DNA of 24,000 nt, taken from the NCBI GenBank assembly GCA_943913915.1, contig CALUAA010000004.1:42543-66542 (forward strand), in the 5' to 3' direction. The position numbers and the translations under genes were made by a program. Shown here piece after piece: positions 6,216 through 14,682 of the stretch. The stretch is from an uncultured Peptoniphilus sp. GTDB lineage: Bacteria > Bacillota > Clostridia > Tissierellales > Peptoniphilaceae. Position 1 is the stretch's first letter; the number at the start of each line of letters is the position of its first letter. The notes beneath the pieces were generated by a model. The model made no database searches, was not told the DNA's origin, and saw only the letters and a list, made by a program, of their open reading frames with translations.

Positions 6216-8582
6216 ATGAATCAACTGTGGTTATGTATAAGTCTCGCAGTAGCGAGCGGCGCATTTTTCGCCGGACGAATTCCCATTGGGTACGGGGTCG
6301 TTTTTTGCGCGTCTATTTTTCTCCTCGTCCTTTGGAAGACGACGATTCGAAGAAGCCTTCTGATCCTTCTGGCTCTTTTGAGTTTTCTGAGTTGCAGCTA
6401 CAACTACTACGGAAAAGGCCGGGGAGGGGAGGCGGAGCTTGTCGGCATCGTAAAAGAAGTAGGGGAAAACAGTTATGATCTCTCCGTGCCTTATTTTAAA
6501 ACCGTGCGCGTCCTTTCGAGAACAACGCCTGCTGTAGGTTCTCGCGTCAAAATAAACGGTAATATCGTAATGGCGGAGCGGCCGCGAAATCCCGGCGGTT
6601 TTAATGGGTATCATTACGAGCTTTCCCATAGAATCGATGCTACAGTGGATCCTTTAAGGGAAGATGCGAGGAAAAGTTTCTCTCTTTTATCTCGAATCTA
6701 CAGACTCAGAGAAAGTTTTCAAAACTACGGAAGAAAAACCATGAGGTATTATTTTCCCGAGCGGGAAGCGGATCTCTTGTCCGCCATGATTTACGGTACC
6801 GACTCCGATCGGGATTCTTTCGAAGAATTAAATGCGCTGAATTTAATTCACATCTTATCGATTTCCGGGCTGCATGTCGGGCTTATCGTTCTATTGCTCA
6901 AAAAGATTACGAAATTATTAACCCTCCCCATTACATGGTCAAAGATCGCCGTCCACTTATCCATGTTTTTCTACTTATTCCTAACGGGCTTTCCCGTCGG
7001 GGGAATGCGGGTATTTCTAGCCCTTCTCTTTACGGATTGGGGGAAGGGTTTGGGGCAGCCGGTGGATCCGAAGTACGCCTTCACCTTCAGCGGTCTTATC
7101 TTTCTTCTGGTGAACCCCTTCTACATTTACCACTACGGTTTTTTGTTCAGCTTCCTTTCCGTCTTCGCCATATTATTTCTCTATCCCAAAATTCTCTACA
7201 TGGCGGAGGGTAAGGGACGATGTGCTGAGGGAATCTTACTTTCAGCCACCGTTACCCTTGCCATTGTGCCTCTATTAAGTCGCATTTACGGAAAGTTTTC
7301 CCTGATGAGCATTTTTGCCAACGTGCTCATCCTGCCCTTGGCATCTCTTTTGCTTTATGGCGGTGTTGCTATAAGTTTATGCCATCCTTTGATTCCGTCT
7401 GTTGCCGGAGGAATTTCCCTATTACTTGAAATGGTGCTCACTCTATTCAATACCCTCACCGAATTTTTTGCAGGTATAAGCGCAAGGGTGATTTTGCCGA
7501 GCTTTAGCGTGTACGACGGGTTTATTTACATAGTTTTTCTTCTTTTGGCTTTTTATTTTCCCTTCAGACTTTTGACGAAAAGGTGCGGCTACTTTTTAAT
7601 GAGCTACACTCTATTAAGTACCCTCGCGGCGCTTCTTATGTTTAAAGCACCCGTCAATGATCTTCAAATTACCCAGCTCTATGTGGGTCAAGGGGACTGT
7701 GCGCTCGTGGAATTTCCGGGTTTCAAAGCTCTGATCGATACAGGAGGGAGTGGTTTCGGAAGCGACCCCACAGCGTTTTATATCGTGCCTTATTTAAGAG
7801 AGCGAAACATCCGCAATCTGGACGCGGTATTTCTCTCCCACTACGATGTGGACCACGTGGGCGGTATCTTTACGATTGCAAAAGATACGGCCATCAAAAA
7901 AATTTACGGTCCCGATGCTTCGGGGAAAGACGATAAAGACATGCGGGATAAAATTGTAAATGAAGTGGGAAATATACAGCCCCTAGAGGGAACTTTTCCC
8001 ATGAAAGGTGGAAGTATTAAGATGTATCCGCCTCTTGGGGAGGAAGGCAATGCCCTTTCCATGGTTATGGAACTTTCCTCCAAAGGTGCTCACGCATTAT
8101 TTTTAGGGGATCTTCCGGCAGCGGAAGAAAAAGCTCTTATAGACCTAGAGCCCAGGTCCACGGTTTTAAAACTGGCACACCACGGCTCAAAGACCTCAAG
8201 CTCCGATGAATTATTGGAAGCCCTCCATCCGAAGTTGGCGCTGATTTCCGCCGGCGCAAGAAATCGCTACGGGCATCCCCACAAAGAGGTACTGGATCGC
8301 TTAAAGAAAGACAAAATTCCCTACTTGCAGACGAAAGACGGCGCCGTTCGTCTGGCATTTCGGGATGGTAATATTAAGGTATTCGTTTATAACGAAGAGA
8401 TGGAGAGCCACACAGACGCTATCTTTTTCATTTCAAACGTGATATTCTTATCTGCAATGGCATGGATGCTTATGAACTATTTTAAAGAAAGAAAGACGAT
8501 ATGGAACCAATGGATTTCGGCGGCGCCTATCTACTCCACGGGCCGGAAAAGTACGGCATGGAGCAGAAGCGGCGTCAAATAG
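6216..8582 (+). CDS. comEC: DNA internalization-related competence protein ComEC/Rec2 (788 aa)
   Basis: N-terminal TM segments plus an OB/DUF4131-like region (RPRNPGGFNGYHYELSHRIDA). Polytopic competence domain (LNLIHILSISGLHVG). C-terminal metallo-beta-lactamase domain (QLYVGQGDCALVE, FLSHYDVDHVGG, LKLAHHGSKTSS). Its position upstream of holA matches Bacillus. Confidence 0.9.
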   Translation: MNQLWLCISLAVASGAFFAGRIPIGYGVVFCASIFLLVLWKTTIRRSLLILLALLSFLSCSYNYYGKGRGGEAELVGIVKEVGENSYDLSVPYFKTVRVLSRTTPAVGSRVKINGNIVMAERPRNPGGFNGYHYELSHRIDATVDPLREDARKSFSLLSRIYRLRESFQNYGRKTMRYYFPEREADLLSAMIYGTDSDRDSFEELNALNLIHILSISGLHVGLIVLLLKKITKLLTLPITWSKIAVHLSMFFYLFLTGFPVGGMRVFLALLFTDWGKGLGQPVDPKYAFTFSGLIFLLVNPFYIYHYGFLFSFLSVFAILFLYPKILYMAEGKGRCAEGILLSATVTLAIVPLLSRIYGKFSLMSIFANVLILPLASLLLYGGVAISLCHPLIPSVAGGISLLLEMVLTLFNTLTEFFAGISARVILPSFSVYDGFIYIVFLLLAFYFPFRLLTKRCGYFLMSYTLLSTLAALLMFKAPVNDLQITQLYVGQGDCALVEFPGFKALIDTGGSGFGSDPTAFYIVPYLRERNIRNLDAVFLSHYDVDHVGGIFTIAKDTAIKKIYGPDASGKDDKDMRDKIVNEVGNIQPLEGTFPMKGGSIKMYPPLGEEGNALSMVMELSSKGAHALFLGDLPAAEEKALIDLEPRSTVLKLAHHGSKTSSSDELLEALHPKLALISAGARNRYGHPHKEVLDRLKKDKIPYLQTKDGAVRLAFRDGNIKVFVYNEEMESHTDAIFFISNVIFLSAMAWMLMNYFKERKTIWNQWISAAPIYSTGRKSTAWSRSGVK

Positions 8583-9484
8583 AACAACACTATATTGCAC
8601 CTGAGATGCGGGATTTAAATTACGATGTGGCATCAGTTGATATTGGAGAGATATTAGCTAAGGCAAATACGCTGCCCTTTATGTCCGAAAAGAGGATGGT
8701 GATCGTAAAAGACGCCGGGCTTTTAAGCGGTGAGGGGAAACTGGATTATTTTTTAGAAGAGGTTTTCACCATTCCCGATTCTACCATTCTCCTTTTAATG
8801 GAAACGGAGACAACGATTAAGAAAAATCAAAAGCTCTATACCCGCTTTAAAAAGGCCGGAAGGCTTATAGAAATGGAGCGCCTCACAGGGAGAGCCCTAC
8901 GCTCGTATTTGGCGGGTTATCTCGGTAAGATGAACCGCCGCATTAAGCCCGAAGTTCTGGAGCATTTTATTCGCCTGTCAGGCTACGGCGATCGCCGATA
9001 CGAAGGGGATCTGGAATCCCTTATTACCACTCTGGATCAAATCGCGAGCATCTCCGGCGATGAGGTAAGTATGAAGGCGGTGGATACTTTCCTTGATCCC
9101 TTCCAAACGGAAACCATCTTTGATCTCCTCGATGCTGTTGCGAAAAAAAGAGCGCGCGATGTAATCAGACTTTTGAAAGAATTTGATGCCAAGGAAGAGC
9201 CGGCACCGAGAATTCTCTATATGATCGGCAGACAGACGCGTAATCTTTTATTCTATAAAACCATGAAGAAGATCTATTCACGGGACGCAGATATTTTTAA
9301 ATTTATGGGCGTGAAGCCTTACGAAGGCAAAAAAATAGCCGCTCAAAGCGGACTTTACAGGGAAGAAACCCTGGTGCATCATTATGAATTACTTCTTGAG
9401 GCGGAACTCGCTATGAAATCCACATCGGCAAGTGACAGGGAAGTATTGGAAACTTTGGTGCTCCGAATGATCGGAGGGCAATAA
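8501..9484 (+). CDS. holA: DNA polymerase III delta subunit (327 aa)
   Basis: The N-terminus GAYLLHGPEKYGME fits the delta-subunit start pattern (vYLl.G.E.yl). Size and position (comEC-holA-rpsT) are as in Bacillus and Clostridium. The start at 8501 overlaps the comEC frame by 82 nt, and the ATG at 8510 is an alternative. Confidence 0.85.
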   Translation: MEPMDFGGAYLLHGPEKYGMEQKRRQIEQHYIAPEMRDLNYDVASVDIGEILAKANTLPFMSEKRMVIVKDAGLLSGEGKLDYFLEEVFTIPDSTILLLMETETTIKKNQKLYTRFKKAGRLIEMERLTGRALRSYLAGYLGKMNRRIKPEVLEHFIRLSGYGDRRYEGDLESLITTLDQIASISGDEVSMKAVDTFLDPFQTETIFDLLDAVAKKRARDVIRLLKEFDAKEEPAPRILYMIGRQTRNLLFYKTMKKIYSRDADIFKFMGVKPYEGKKIAAQSGLYREETLVHHYELLLEAELAMKSTSASDREVLETLVLRMIGGQ

Positions 9485-9516
9485 AAAAACTGAAAACGAA
9501 AGTTTTCAGTTTTTTC
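9483..9516. terminator. Bidirectional rho-independent terminator between holA (+) and rpsT (-)
   Basis: A7 (9483-9489), then CTGAAAAC (9490-9497), GAAA loop, GTTTTCAG (9502-9509), then T6 (9510-9515). The 8-bp stem is perfect, with A and T runs on both sides. Confidence 0.8.
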
Positions 9517-9517
9517 T

Positions 9518-9781
9518 TTATAATGCTTTATTTAATTTCTTGTTTAAACGGCTTAATCGGCGTGAAGCAGCATTTTTATGAATGACATTCTTCGACGCAG
9601 CTTTCTTTAAAGTTTTGTCGACGACTTGGAGAAGTTCTCTCGCTTCATCAATATTGCCTTTATCGAGCGCGGTTTCAAATTTGCGGATTGTGGTCTTAAC
9701 ATTTGTTTTGACAGCTTTATTGCGCAAGGTTTCTTTTTTAGTCGTGCCGATACGTTTAATCGCGGATTTAATATTTGCCAT
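9518..9781 (-). CDS. rpsT: 30S ribosomal protein S20 (87 aa)
   Basis: MANIKSAIKRIGTTKKETLRNKAVKT... is a typical S20 N-terminus with basic composition. A GGAGGTG RBS precedes the ATG. Confidence 0.95.
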   Translation of the reverse strand: MANIKSAIKRIGTTKKETLRNKAVKTNVKTTIRKFETALDKGNIDEARELLQVVDKTLKKAASKNVIHKNAASRRLSRLNKKLNKAL

Positions 9782-9831
9782 GGTTCACCTCCGATTATGA
9801 TTTTATCCCTTGGGATACCTTAACTTGTAGA

Positions 9832-9860
9832 ATTCTATCACAGACCTTTAGAATTTGCAA
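9832..9860 (-). promoter_or_regulatory. Sigma-A promoter of rpsT (extended -10)
   Basis: On the minus strand: TTGCAA (9860-9855), 17 nt spacer, TGaTAGAAT (-10 hexamer at 9837-9832). It lies about 50 nt upstream of the rpsT ATG. Confidence 0.55.
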
Positions 9861-9896
9861 GAATTCCGTAAGGAGTGTGTGAGAATCTTCCTTTTG

Positions 9897-9905
9897 TGGT
9901 AAAAT
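9897..9905 (+). promoter_or_regulatory. Candidate extended -10 element for lepB-lepA
   Basis: TGgTAAAAT at 9897-9905, about 30 nt upstream of the lepB TTG start. The -35 position reads GTGTGA, which is weak. This is a motif match only. Confidence 0.35.
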
Positions 9906-9935
9906 GAGTTGCTAAGCTAAGAAAGGGGATATATT

Positions 9936-10487
9936 TTGAAATCAAAAGAAAAGTCGCCGAATATGGCGGTTGAAGTTATAAAATTAGTGGCCACCGCCGT
10001 GGTCTTGGCCATTTTAATTCGTCACTTTATTTTTAATACGACCATGGTCATCGGCCAGAGTATGGAGCCCACCCTTCATCAAAATGAGCGCATGATCTGT
10101 TTGGTCCTTCCCAACTATTTTTCGGATCCCGAGCGGGGTGACATCGTTATTATCGACGCGCCGGACGGATCGGGCAAAGAGTATGTGAAGCGCGTTATCG
10201 GAACCCCGGGGGATGAGATCGCCATTCGATCGGGAGAAGTTTTCGTAAACGGTGTCCGTATTGAAGAAGACTACATTCACCCGGGCGTTGAAACCGGTAC
10301 TTATCAAGGAGACGAGTGGACACTCGGTCCCGACGAATTTTTCGTCATGGGAGACAATCGCAACGAGGGAATGTCCATCGACAGCCGTTATTTCGGTCCC
10401 GTAGAGAAGAAACATGTTCGCTCCCGGGCGGCGCTTCGTTATTTTCCCTTCTCGAAATTTACAGTTTTTCATGGACAGAATAAATAA
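9936..10487 (+). CDS. lepB: Signal peptidase I (S26 family, 183 aa), TTG start
   Basis: The catalytic Ser box GQSMEPTL, the Lys box YVKRVIGTPGD and GDNRNEGMSIDSRYFG are all present, with an N-terminal TM anchor. TTG at 9936 is preceded by GAAAGGGGA. Confidence 0.9.
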   Translation: MKSKEKSPNMAVEVIKLVATAVVLAILIRHFIFNTTMVIGQSMEPTLHQNERMICLVLPNYFSDPERGDIVIIDAPDGSGKEYVKRVIGTPGDEIAIRSGEVFVNGVRIEEDYIHPGVETGTYQGDEWTLGPDEFFVMGDNRNEGMSIDSRYFGPVEKKHVRSRAALRYFPFSKFTVFHGQNK

Positions 10488-10496
10488 GGAGGAACT

Positions 10497-12302
10497 ATGA
10501 GCAATCGTCAACAGAACATTCGCAATTTCTCAATTATTGCCCATATTGACCACGGCAAGAGTACCTTGGCCGATCGTCTCATCGAGAAGACGGGCATGCT
10601 TACGGAACGGGAAATGAATGCGCAAGTTCTCGATTCCATGGCCCTTGAAAAGGAACGGGGCATTACCATAAAATTAAAGGCCGTGCGCCTTGTTCATGAG
10701 CGCGACGGAGAAGAATATATCTTAAACCTTATCGATACACCGGGTCACGTGGATTTTAACTACGAGGTCTCCCGCTCACTTGCAGCGTGTGAAGGGGCGC
10801 TTCTCGTCGTGGACTCTACCCAAGGGGTGGAGGCGCAGACTCTCGCCAATGTCTATTTGGCGCTGGATCAGGATTTGGAACTTGTGCCCATTCTCAATAA
10901 AATCGACCTTCCCTCGTCCCGTGTAGACGAGGTGAAAAAAGAAATCGAAGATATTATCGGCTTGGATACAGAGGGCGTGCCCCTTATCAGTGCTAAAAAC
11001 GGCGTCGGTATCGACGATGTCTTAAACGCCATTATCGATCAGGTGCCGGCGCCGAGCGGCGATGAGAAGGCTCCTTTGAAAGCTCTGATCTTCGACTCTA
11101 TCTATGACAGCTACCGCGGCGTCGTTTGCTATGTGCGCATTGTCGACGGCAAGGTAAAGGCCGGCGATAAGATTAAGATGTGGGCTACAGGCAAGGAGTT
11201 TGAGGTTGTGGAAGTCGGCGTTAACGCCAACGGATCCATCCCCTTGAACGAACTCGGCGCCGGAGATGTAGGGTATATTACGGCGAGTATAAAAAATGTA
11301 AAAGAGGCTCGTGTCGGGGATACGATTTACGATCCGGAAAATCCCCCGGCGGAACCGCTTCCCGGCTATAAAAAAGTTGTGCCCATGGTCTACTCCGGCA
11401 TATATCCTGCAGAAGGTGAATCCTACACCGATGTTCGGGACGCCCTCGAGAAGCTTCAGGTTAACGACGCGGCCCTGGTATTTGATGCAGAAACTTCTGT
11501 AGCCCTGGGCTTCGGTTTCCGCTGCGGTTTCTTAGGTCTTCTTCACATGGAAATTATTCAGGAGCGTTTGGAACGGGAATTTGATCTCGATATTATTACG
11601 ACGGCGCCCTCGGTAATTTATAGAGTCCACACTTTAGAAGGAGAGATGCTCGAAATTCAAAACCCGACCAATCTTCCGGACCCTACCACTATCGATTATA
11701 TGGAAGAGCCTTTCGTTCGTGCTGAAATCATGTCGCCTACGGATTATGTAGGGACGGTTATGGAGCTTTGTCAGGAACGAAGAGGCCGCTTCATCAATAT
11801 GGATTATCTTGAAGAGACGCGGGTCAATATTATTTACGAACTGCCCTTAAACGAAGTTATTTACGATTTCTTCGACGCATTGAAATCTAAAACGAGAGGG
11901 TACGCATCCTACGATTACGAGCTTATCGGCTACGAACGGGGTGATCTCGTGAAGATGGATGTGCTCATTAACGGTGAGTTGGTCGACGCATTCTCCCTTA
12001 TCGTTCACCGCGAAAAGGCCTACGAGCGGGGAAGGAAGATCTGCGAACGTCTTACCGACGTCATCCCTCGTCATCAATTTGCCGTACCCATTCAAGCGGC
12101 TATCGGCTCGAAGATTATCGCCAGGGAAACGATTCGTGCCCTTCGCAAAGATGTACTTGCAAAGTGCTACGGTGGCGATATTTCGAGAAAGCGGAAGCTT
12201 CTTGAAAAACAAAAAGAAGGTAAAAAGCGTATGCGCAATATCGGCAGTGTAGAAGTGCCTCAAGAGGCCTTCCTCGCTGTGTTGAAATACGACGAAGATT
12301 AA
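10497..12302 (+). CDS. lepA: Translation elongation factor 4 (LepA), 601 aa
   Basis: [21 protein letters not shown] (G1), DTPGHVDF (G3), NKIDL (G4) and the characteristic LepA C-terminal domain ([24 protein letters not shown]). AAGGAGG RBS. Confidence 0.97.
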   Translation: MSNRQQNIRNFSIIAHIDHGKSTLADRLIEKTGMLTEREMNAQVLDSMALEKERGITIKLKAVRLVHERDGEEYILNLIDTPGHVDFNYEVSRSLAACEGALLVVDSTQGVEAQTLANVYLALDQDLELVPILNKIDLPSSRVDEVKKEIEDIIGLDTEGVPLISAKNGVGIDDVLNAIIDQVPAPSGDEKAPLKALIFDSIYDSYRGVVCYVRIVDGKVKAGDKIKMWATGKEFEVVEVGVNANGSIPLNELGAGDVGYITASIKNVKEARVGDTIYDPENPPAEPLPGYKKVVPMVYSGIYPAEGESYTDVRDALEKLQVNDAALVFDAETSVALGFGFRCGFLGLLHMEIIQERLEREFDLDIITTAPSVIYRVHTLEGEMLEIQNPTNLPDPTTIDYMEEPFVRAEIMSPTDYVGTVMELCQERRGRFINMDYLEETRVNIIYELPLNEVIYDFFDALKSKTRGYASYDYELIGYERGDLVKMDVLINGELVDAFSLIVHREKAYERGRKICERLTDVIPRHQFAVPIQAAIGSKIIARETIRALRKDVLAKCYGGDISRKRKLLEKQKEGKKRMRNIGSVEVPQEAFLAVLKYDED

Positions 12303-12307
12303 GAGAG

Positions 12308-12332
12308 CGGATCCGAGAGGGTCCGTTTTTTT
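12308..12332 (+). terminator. Rho-independent terminator after lepA
   Basis: CGGATCC (12308-12314) pairs with GGGTCCG (12319-12325), a 7-bp stem with one G.U pair around a GAGA loop. A T7 run follows at 12326-12332. Confidence 0.6.
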
Positions 12333-12352
12333 GGAGGTAATTTGGAGGTAAA

Positions 12353-13489
12353 ATGAACGGATCTCTTTCTATTTATATGCACGTGCCATTTTGCGAGAAA
12401 AAATGCGGCTATTGCGATTTCTATTCCTTTTTGCCGACAAGCGAGAAAATGATGGATGAATACGTCGATTGCTTATTGCAGGAGTGGGAGCTTTACGAGG
12501 GCGAACTTGAAGAGCAAAAAGTAAGTTCCTTATTTTTAGGCGGCGGTACTCCTTCCATGCTCGGAACGGAAAGATTACTCAGAATTTTAAACCGAGTCGC
12601 GCCTTATGTAAAAAAGGATGGCGAGATTACGGTGGAGTGTAATCCCGAAAGCGTGGTGACGTTAAATATTGAAAAGCTTATGGCGGCAGGCGTCAATCGT
12701 TTCAGCATGGGGATTCAAAGCGGCAGCGATCGCCTTTTAAATATAATGGGCAGGATTCACAATGTGGATGAGGGTAGAGTTGCCTTTCGCCATTTGAGAG
12801 AGGGGGGTGCAGAAAATATTAATCTGGACTTTATATCTTCGGTGCCTACGGAAAGCGACGAAGATATTGAAAAGAGCATTTCCCTTATAAAAGAATTGAA
12901 TCCTGAGCACGTCAGCGTGTACAGTTTGATCTTGGAAGAGGGCACCCCCTTTTACAAACGTTACGGCGATTTGCCTGAAAACGACATAGAAGATCGCCGT
13001 CACGTTCACCGCTACGGAAACAGTTTCGTTGCTATGGGTTACGAGCAGTATGAGCTTTCCAACTTTTCAAAGCCGGGTTTTCAGTGTGACCATAATCTTC
13101 ACTACTGGAAACTTGGTCACTATATCGGTTTGGGGCCGGCGGCCAGCGGCTACCTTGGGAGTATTCGCTACACCAATGCAGCAAATTTTAAAGAATACAT
13201 TTCGTCTATAAAAGAAGGAAAGAAGCCCGTGGCTTATTCCGAGGAGCTGACACTTCTCGATCGGGACAATGAGCTTATGATGCTCGGCATTCGACTGAAC
13301 GAGGGAATTGATTTAAATGAAGAGCTCCCCTCCGGAATTCTTTTTATAGAACGCTACGGTAATGCGGTTAAACGTAATGTAGAGCGCGGACTATTAAGAA
13401 TCTCGGGAAATCGAATCGTACTGACGGATCGGGGGAGAGATCTTTCCAATCAGGTGGAAGTGGATTTCTTTCAATTAAATAATGAATAA
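12353..13489 (+). CDS. hemW: Radical SAM heme chaperone HemW (HemN-like, oxygen-independent coproporphyrinogen III oxidase family), 378 aa
   Basis: SIYMHVPFCEKKCGYCDF (CxxxCxxC radical SAM cluster), GGGTPS and HNLHYW motifs. Its position between lepA and hrcA matches Bacillus and Clostridium. Confidence 0.9.
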   Translation: MNGSLSIYMHVPFCEKKCGYCDFYSFLPTSEKMMDEYVDCLLQEWELYEGELEEQKVSSLFLGGGTPSMLGTERLLRILNRVAPYVKKDGEITVECNPESVVTLNIEKLMAAGVNRFSMGIQSGSDRLLNIMGRIHNVDEGRVAFRHLREGGAENINLDFISSVPTESDEDIEKSISLIKELNPEHVSVYSLILEEGTPFYKRYGDLPENDIEDRRHVHRYGNSFVAMGYEQYELSNFSKPGFQCDHNLHYWKLGHYIGLGPAASGYLGSIRYTNAANFKEYISSIKEGKKPVAYSEELTLLDRDNELMMLGIRLNEGIDLNEELPSGILFIERYGNAVKRNVERGLLRISGNRIVLTDRGRDLSNQVEVDFFQLNNE

Positions 13490-13507
13490 AAGAAGTGGCT
13501 GTTTTCA

Positions 13508-13540
13508 ATCGCTCGAAGTAAACTCGGGCGATTTTTATAT
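13508..13540 (+). terminator. Rho-independent terminator after hemW
   Basis: ATCGCTCGA (13508-13516) pairs with TCGGGCGAT (13524-13532), a 9-bp stem with one G.U pair and a 7-nt loop. TTTTTATATTTTT follows. Confidence 0.65.
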
Positions 13541-13542
13541 TT

Positions 13543-13569
13543 TTAGCATTCAAGCTTGACAAGTGCTAA
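13543..13569 (+). promoter_or_regulatory. CIRCE operator 1 (HrcA binding site), overlapping the -35
   Basis: TTAGCATTC-N9-AAGTGCTAA against the consensus TTAGCACTC-N9-GAGTGCTAA, with one mismatch per arm. Confidence 0.7.
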
Positions 13570-13584
13570 AAGCCCGTGTATACT
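13556..13584 (+). promoter_or_regulatory. Sigma-A promoter of the hrcA-grpE-dnaK operon
   Basis: TTGACA (13556-13561), exactly 17 nt spacer, TATACT (13579-13584). Confidence 0.7.
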
Positions 13585-13598
13585 AAGACCATAAGCAA

Positions 13599-13625
13599 TT
13601 GGCACTCAAACAAAAAGAGTGCTAA
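13599..13625 (+). promoter_or_regulatory. CIRCE operator 2 (HrcA binding site), in the 5' leader
   Basis: TTGGCACTC-N9-GAGTGCTAA, with a single mismatch to the CIRCE consensus. It lies just downstream of the predicted transcription start. Confidence 0.85.
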
Positions 13626-13648
13626 CAAAGGAGGGGAGGAGCGATAAG

Positions 13649-14674
13649 ATGTTAGATCAGAGAAAATTAGATATTCTTAATCAAATTATCGAGTCCTACA
13701 TCGCATCGCCTGTTCCCATCGGCAGTCGCACACTTTCTAAGAATTCGGATCTCGCCGTATCATCGGCTACTATCCGGAACGAAATGAGCGATTTGGAATC
13801 GTTGGGTCTTTTAATGAAGCCCCACACTTCCGCCGGGCGAATCCCTTCGGAACACGCTTATAGATTTTATGTAGACGAATTAATTCCCGAGATCAATCGT
13901 GAAGATTCCCTCGTCGAGTATTTCGTAGAAGCTATGCCCGAGCATTTGCTCGGCACCGACGAATTTTATCGCCGCGCCGTTGAGGCCTTGGCCCGCGAAA
14001 CCGACAGTCTGGCGCTCATGATGAGGCCGAAGGGCGGCGATCGAAAGGTTAAGTATCTCGATTTAATTCCGGTTTCGGATTATTTCGTCATGTTGCTGGT
14101 TGTCGGCGATCGCGGCGTTGTGGTAAAACGAATGATTCCGATGGATTTTTCCGTCGATGAAGGTGATTTGGAATATATTTCCGAAGTGCTTTCAAAGGCA
14201 TTTGTGGGAACATCCTTCGATGCCATCGACGGCGTGAAGTTTGTTTTATCCGGCCATTTGGTTCGCTACGAATCTTTTGTTCTCCACATTACAAATTTAC
14301 TTTCTCAAATAGCAGGTAATGTGGACGATATGGAAGTGGCGATCAGTAGCGTGGGAAATCTTTTCAGGTACGAAGAATTTAAAGATGTTTCCAAAGTGCA
14401 GTCGCTTTTGTACTATATCGAGGAGAAAGAAAATCTCCTCAGCCTCTTTAATGAGCTTTCCACATCATCGGATGTGGAGTTTAAAATCGGTAGCGAAAAC
14501 GACGCTGATGTGATGCAGGGCAACAGTCTGCTGGGAAGGGTTTATCCTATAAGCTCTTCAAATTTCGGTAAGGTGGCCTTGATCGCACCGGTTCGCATGA
14601 ACTATAGGAAATCGGCAAATGCGCTGGTGGCATTTACAGATGCCTTGGCTCGGTGCCTTGGGAAGGAACGTTGA
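13649..14674 (+). CDS. hrcA: Heat-inducible transcription repressor HrcA (341 aa)
   Basis: MLDQRKLDILNQIIESYIASPVPIGSRTLS is the typical HrcA winged-helix N-terminus. ATG at 13649 follows AAAGGAGGGGAGG. The track start at 13619 (GTG) lies inside CIRCE 2 and was rejected. Confidence 0.93.
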   Translation: MLDQRKLDILNQIIESYIASPVPIGSRTLSKNSDLAVSSATIRNEMSDLESLGLLMKPHTSAGRIPSEHAYRFYVDELIPEINREDSLVEYFVEAMPEHLLGTDEFYRRAVEALARETDSLALMMRPKGGDRKVKYLDLIPVSDYFVMLLVVGDRGVVVKRMIPMDFSVDEGDLEYISEVLSKAFVGTSFDAIDGVKFVLSGHLVRYESFVLHITNLLSQIAGNVDDMEVAISSVGNLFRYEEFKDVSKVQSLLYYIEEKENLLSLFNELSTSSDVEFKIGSENDADVMQGNSLLGRVYPISSSNFGKVALIAPVRMNYRKSANALVAFTDALARCLGKER

Positions 14675-14682
14675 GGTGAGAA

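Noticed and set aside
6227-6629. ORFs 6227..6478 (+) and 6231..6629 (-) at the 5' end of comEC, considered as possible small regulators in the divergent region
   Set aside because: Both overlap the comEC N-terminal TM segments, which read sensibly in the comEC frame. Both translations are Arg/Ser-rich off-frame products.
9851-9866. GAATT-N6-AATTC inverted repeat around the rpsT -35, and repeated TAGAATT motifs
   Set aside because: The arms are only 5 bp in AT-rich promoter DNA, so this is likely chance plus the palindromic TTGCAA hexamer.
10014-10511. 165-aa minus-strand ORF covering the whole of lepB
   Set aside because: It is antisense to a gene with clear S26 catalytic motifs. Its translation has no recognisable motifs and no RBS. 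It is a shadow ORF.
11847-12263. Antisense and off-frame ORFs inside lepA. Similar ones occur inside dnaK (15777..16220, 16564..16977), dnaJ (17593..18036, 17696..18073) and the YhgE/Pip genes (577..975, 1866..2207, 2996..3451, 3925..4194).
   Set aside because: All lie within genes whose annotated frame has strong family motifs. None has a plausible RBS or recognisable sequence.
13619-13648. Track start of hrcA at GTG 13619 (adds MLTKEGRSDK)
   Set aside because: That start lies inside CIRCE 2 and upstream of the AAAGGAGGGGAGG RBS. ATG 13649 gives the canonical HrcA N-terminus.
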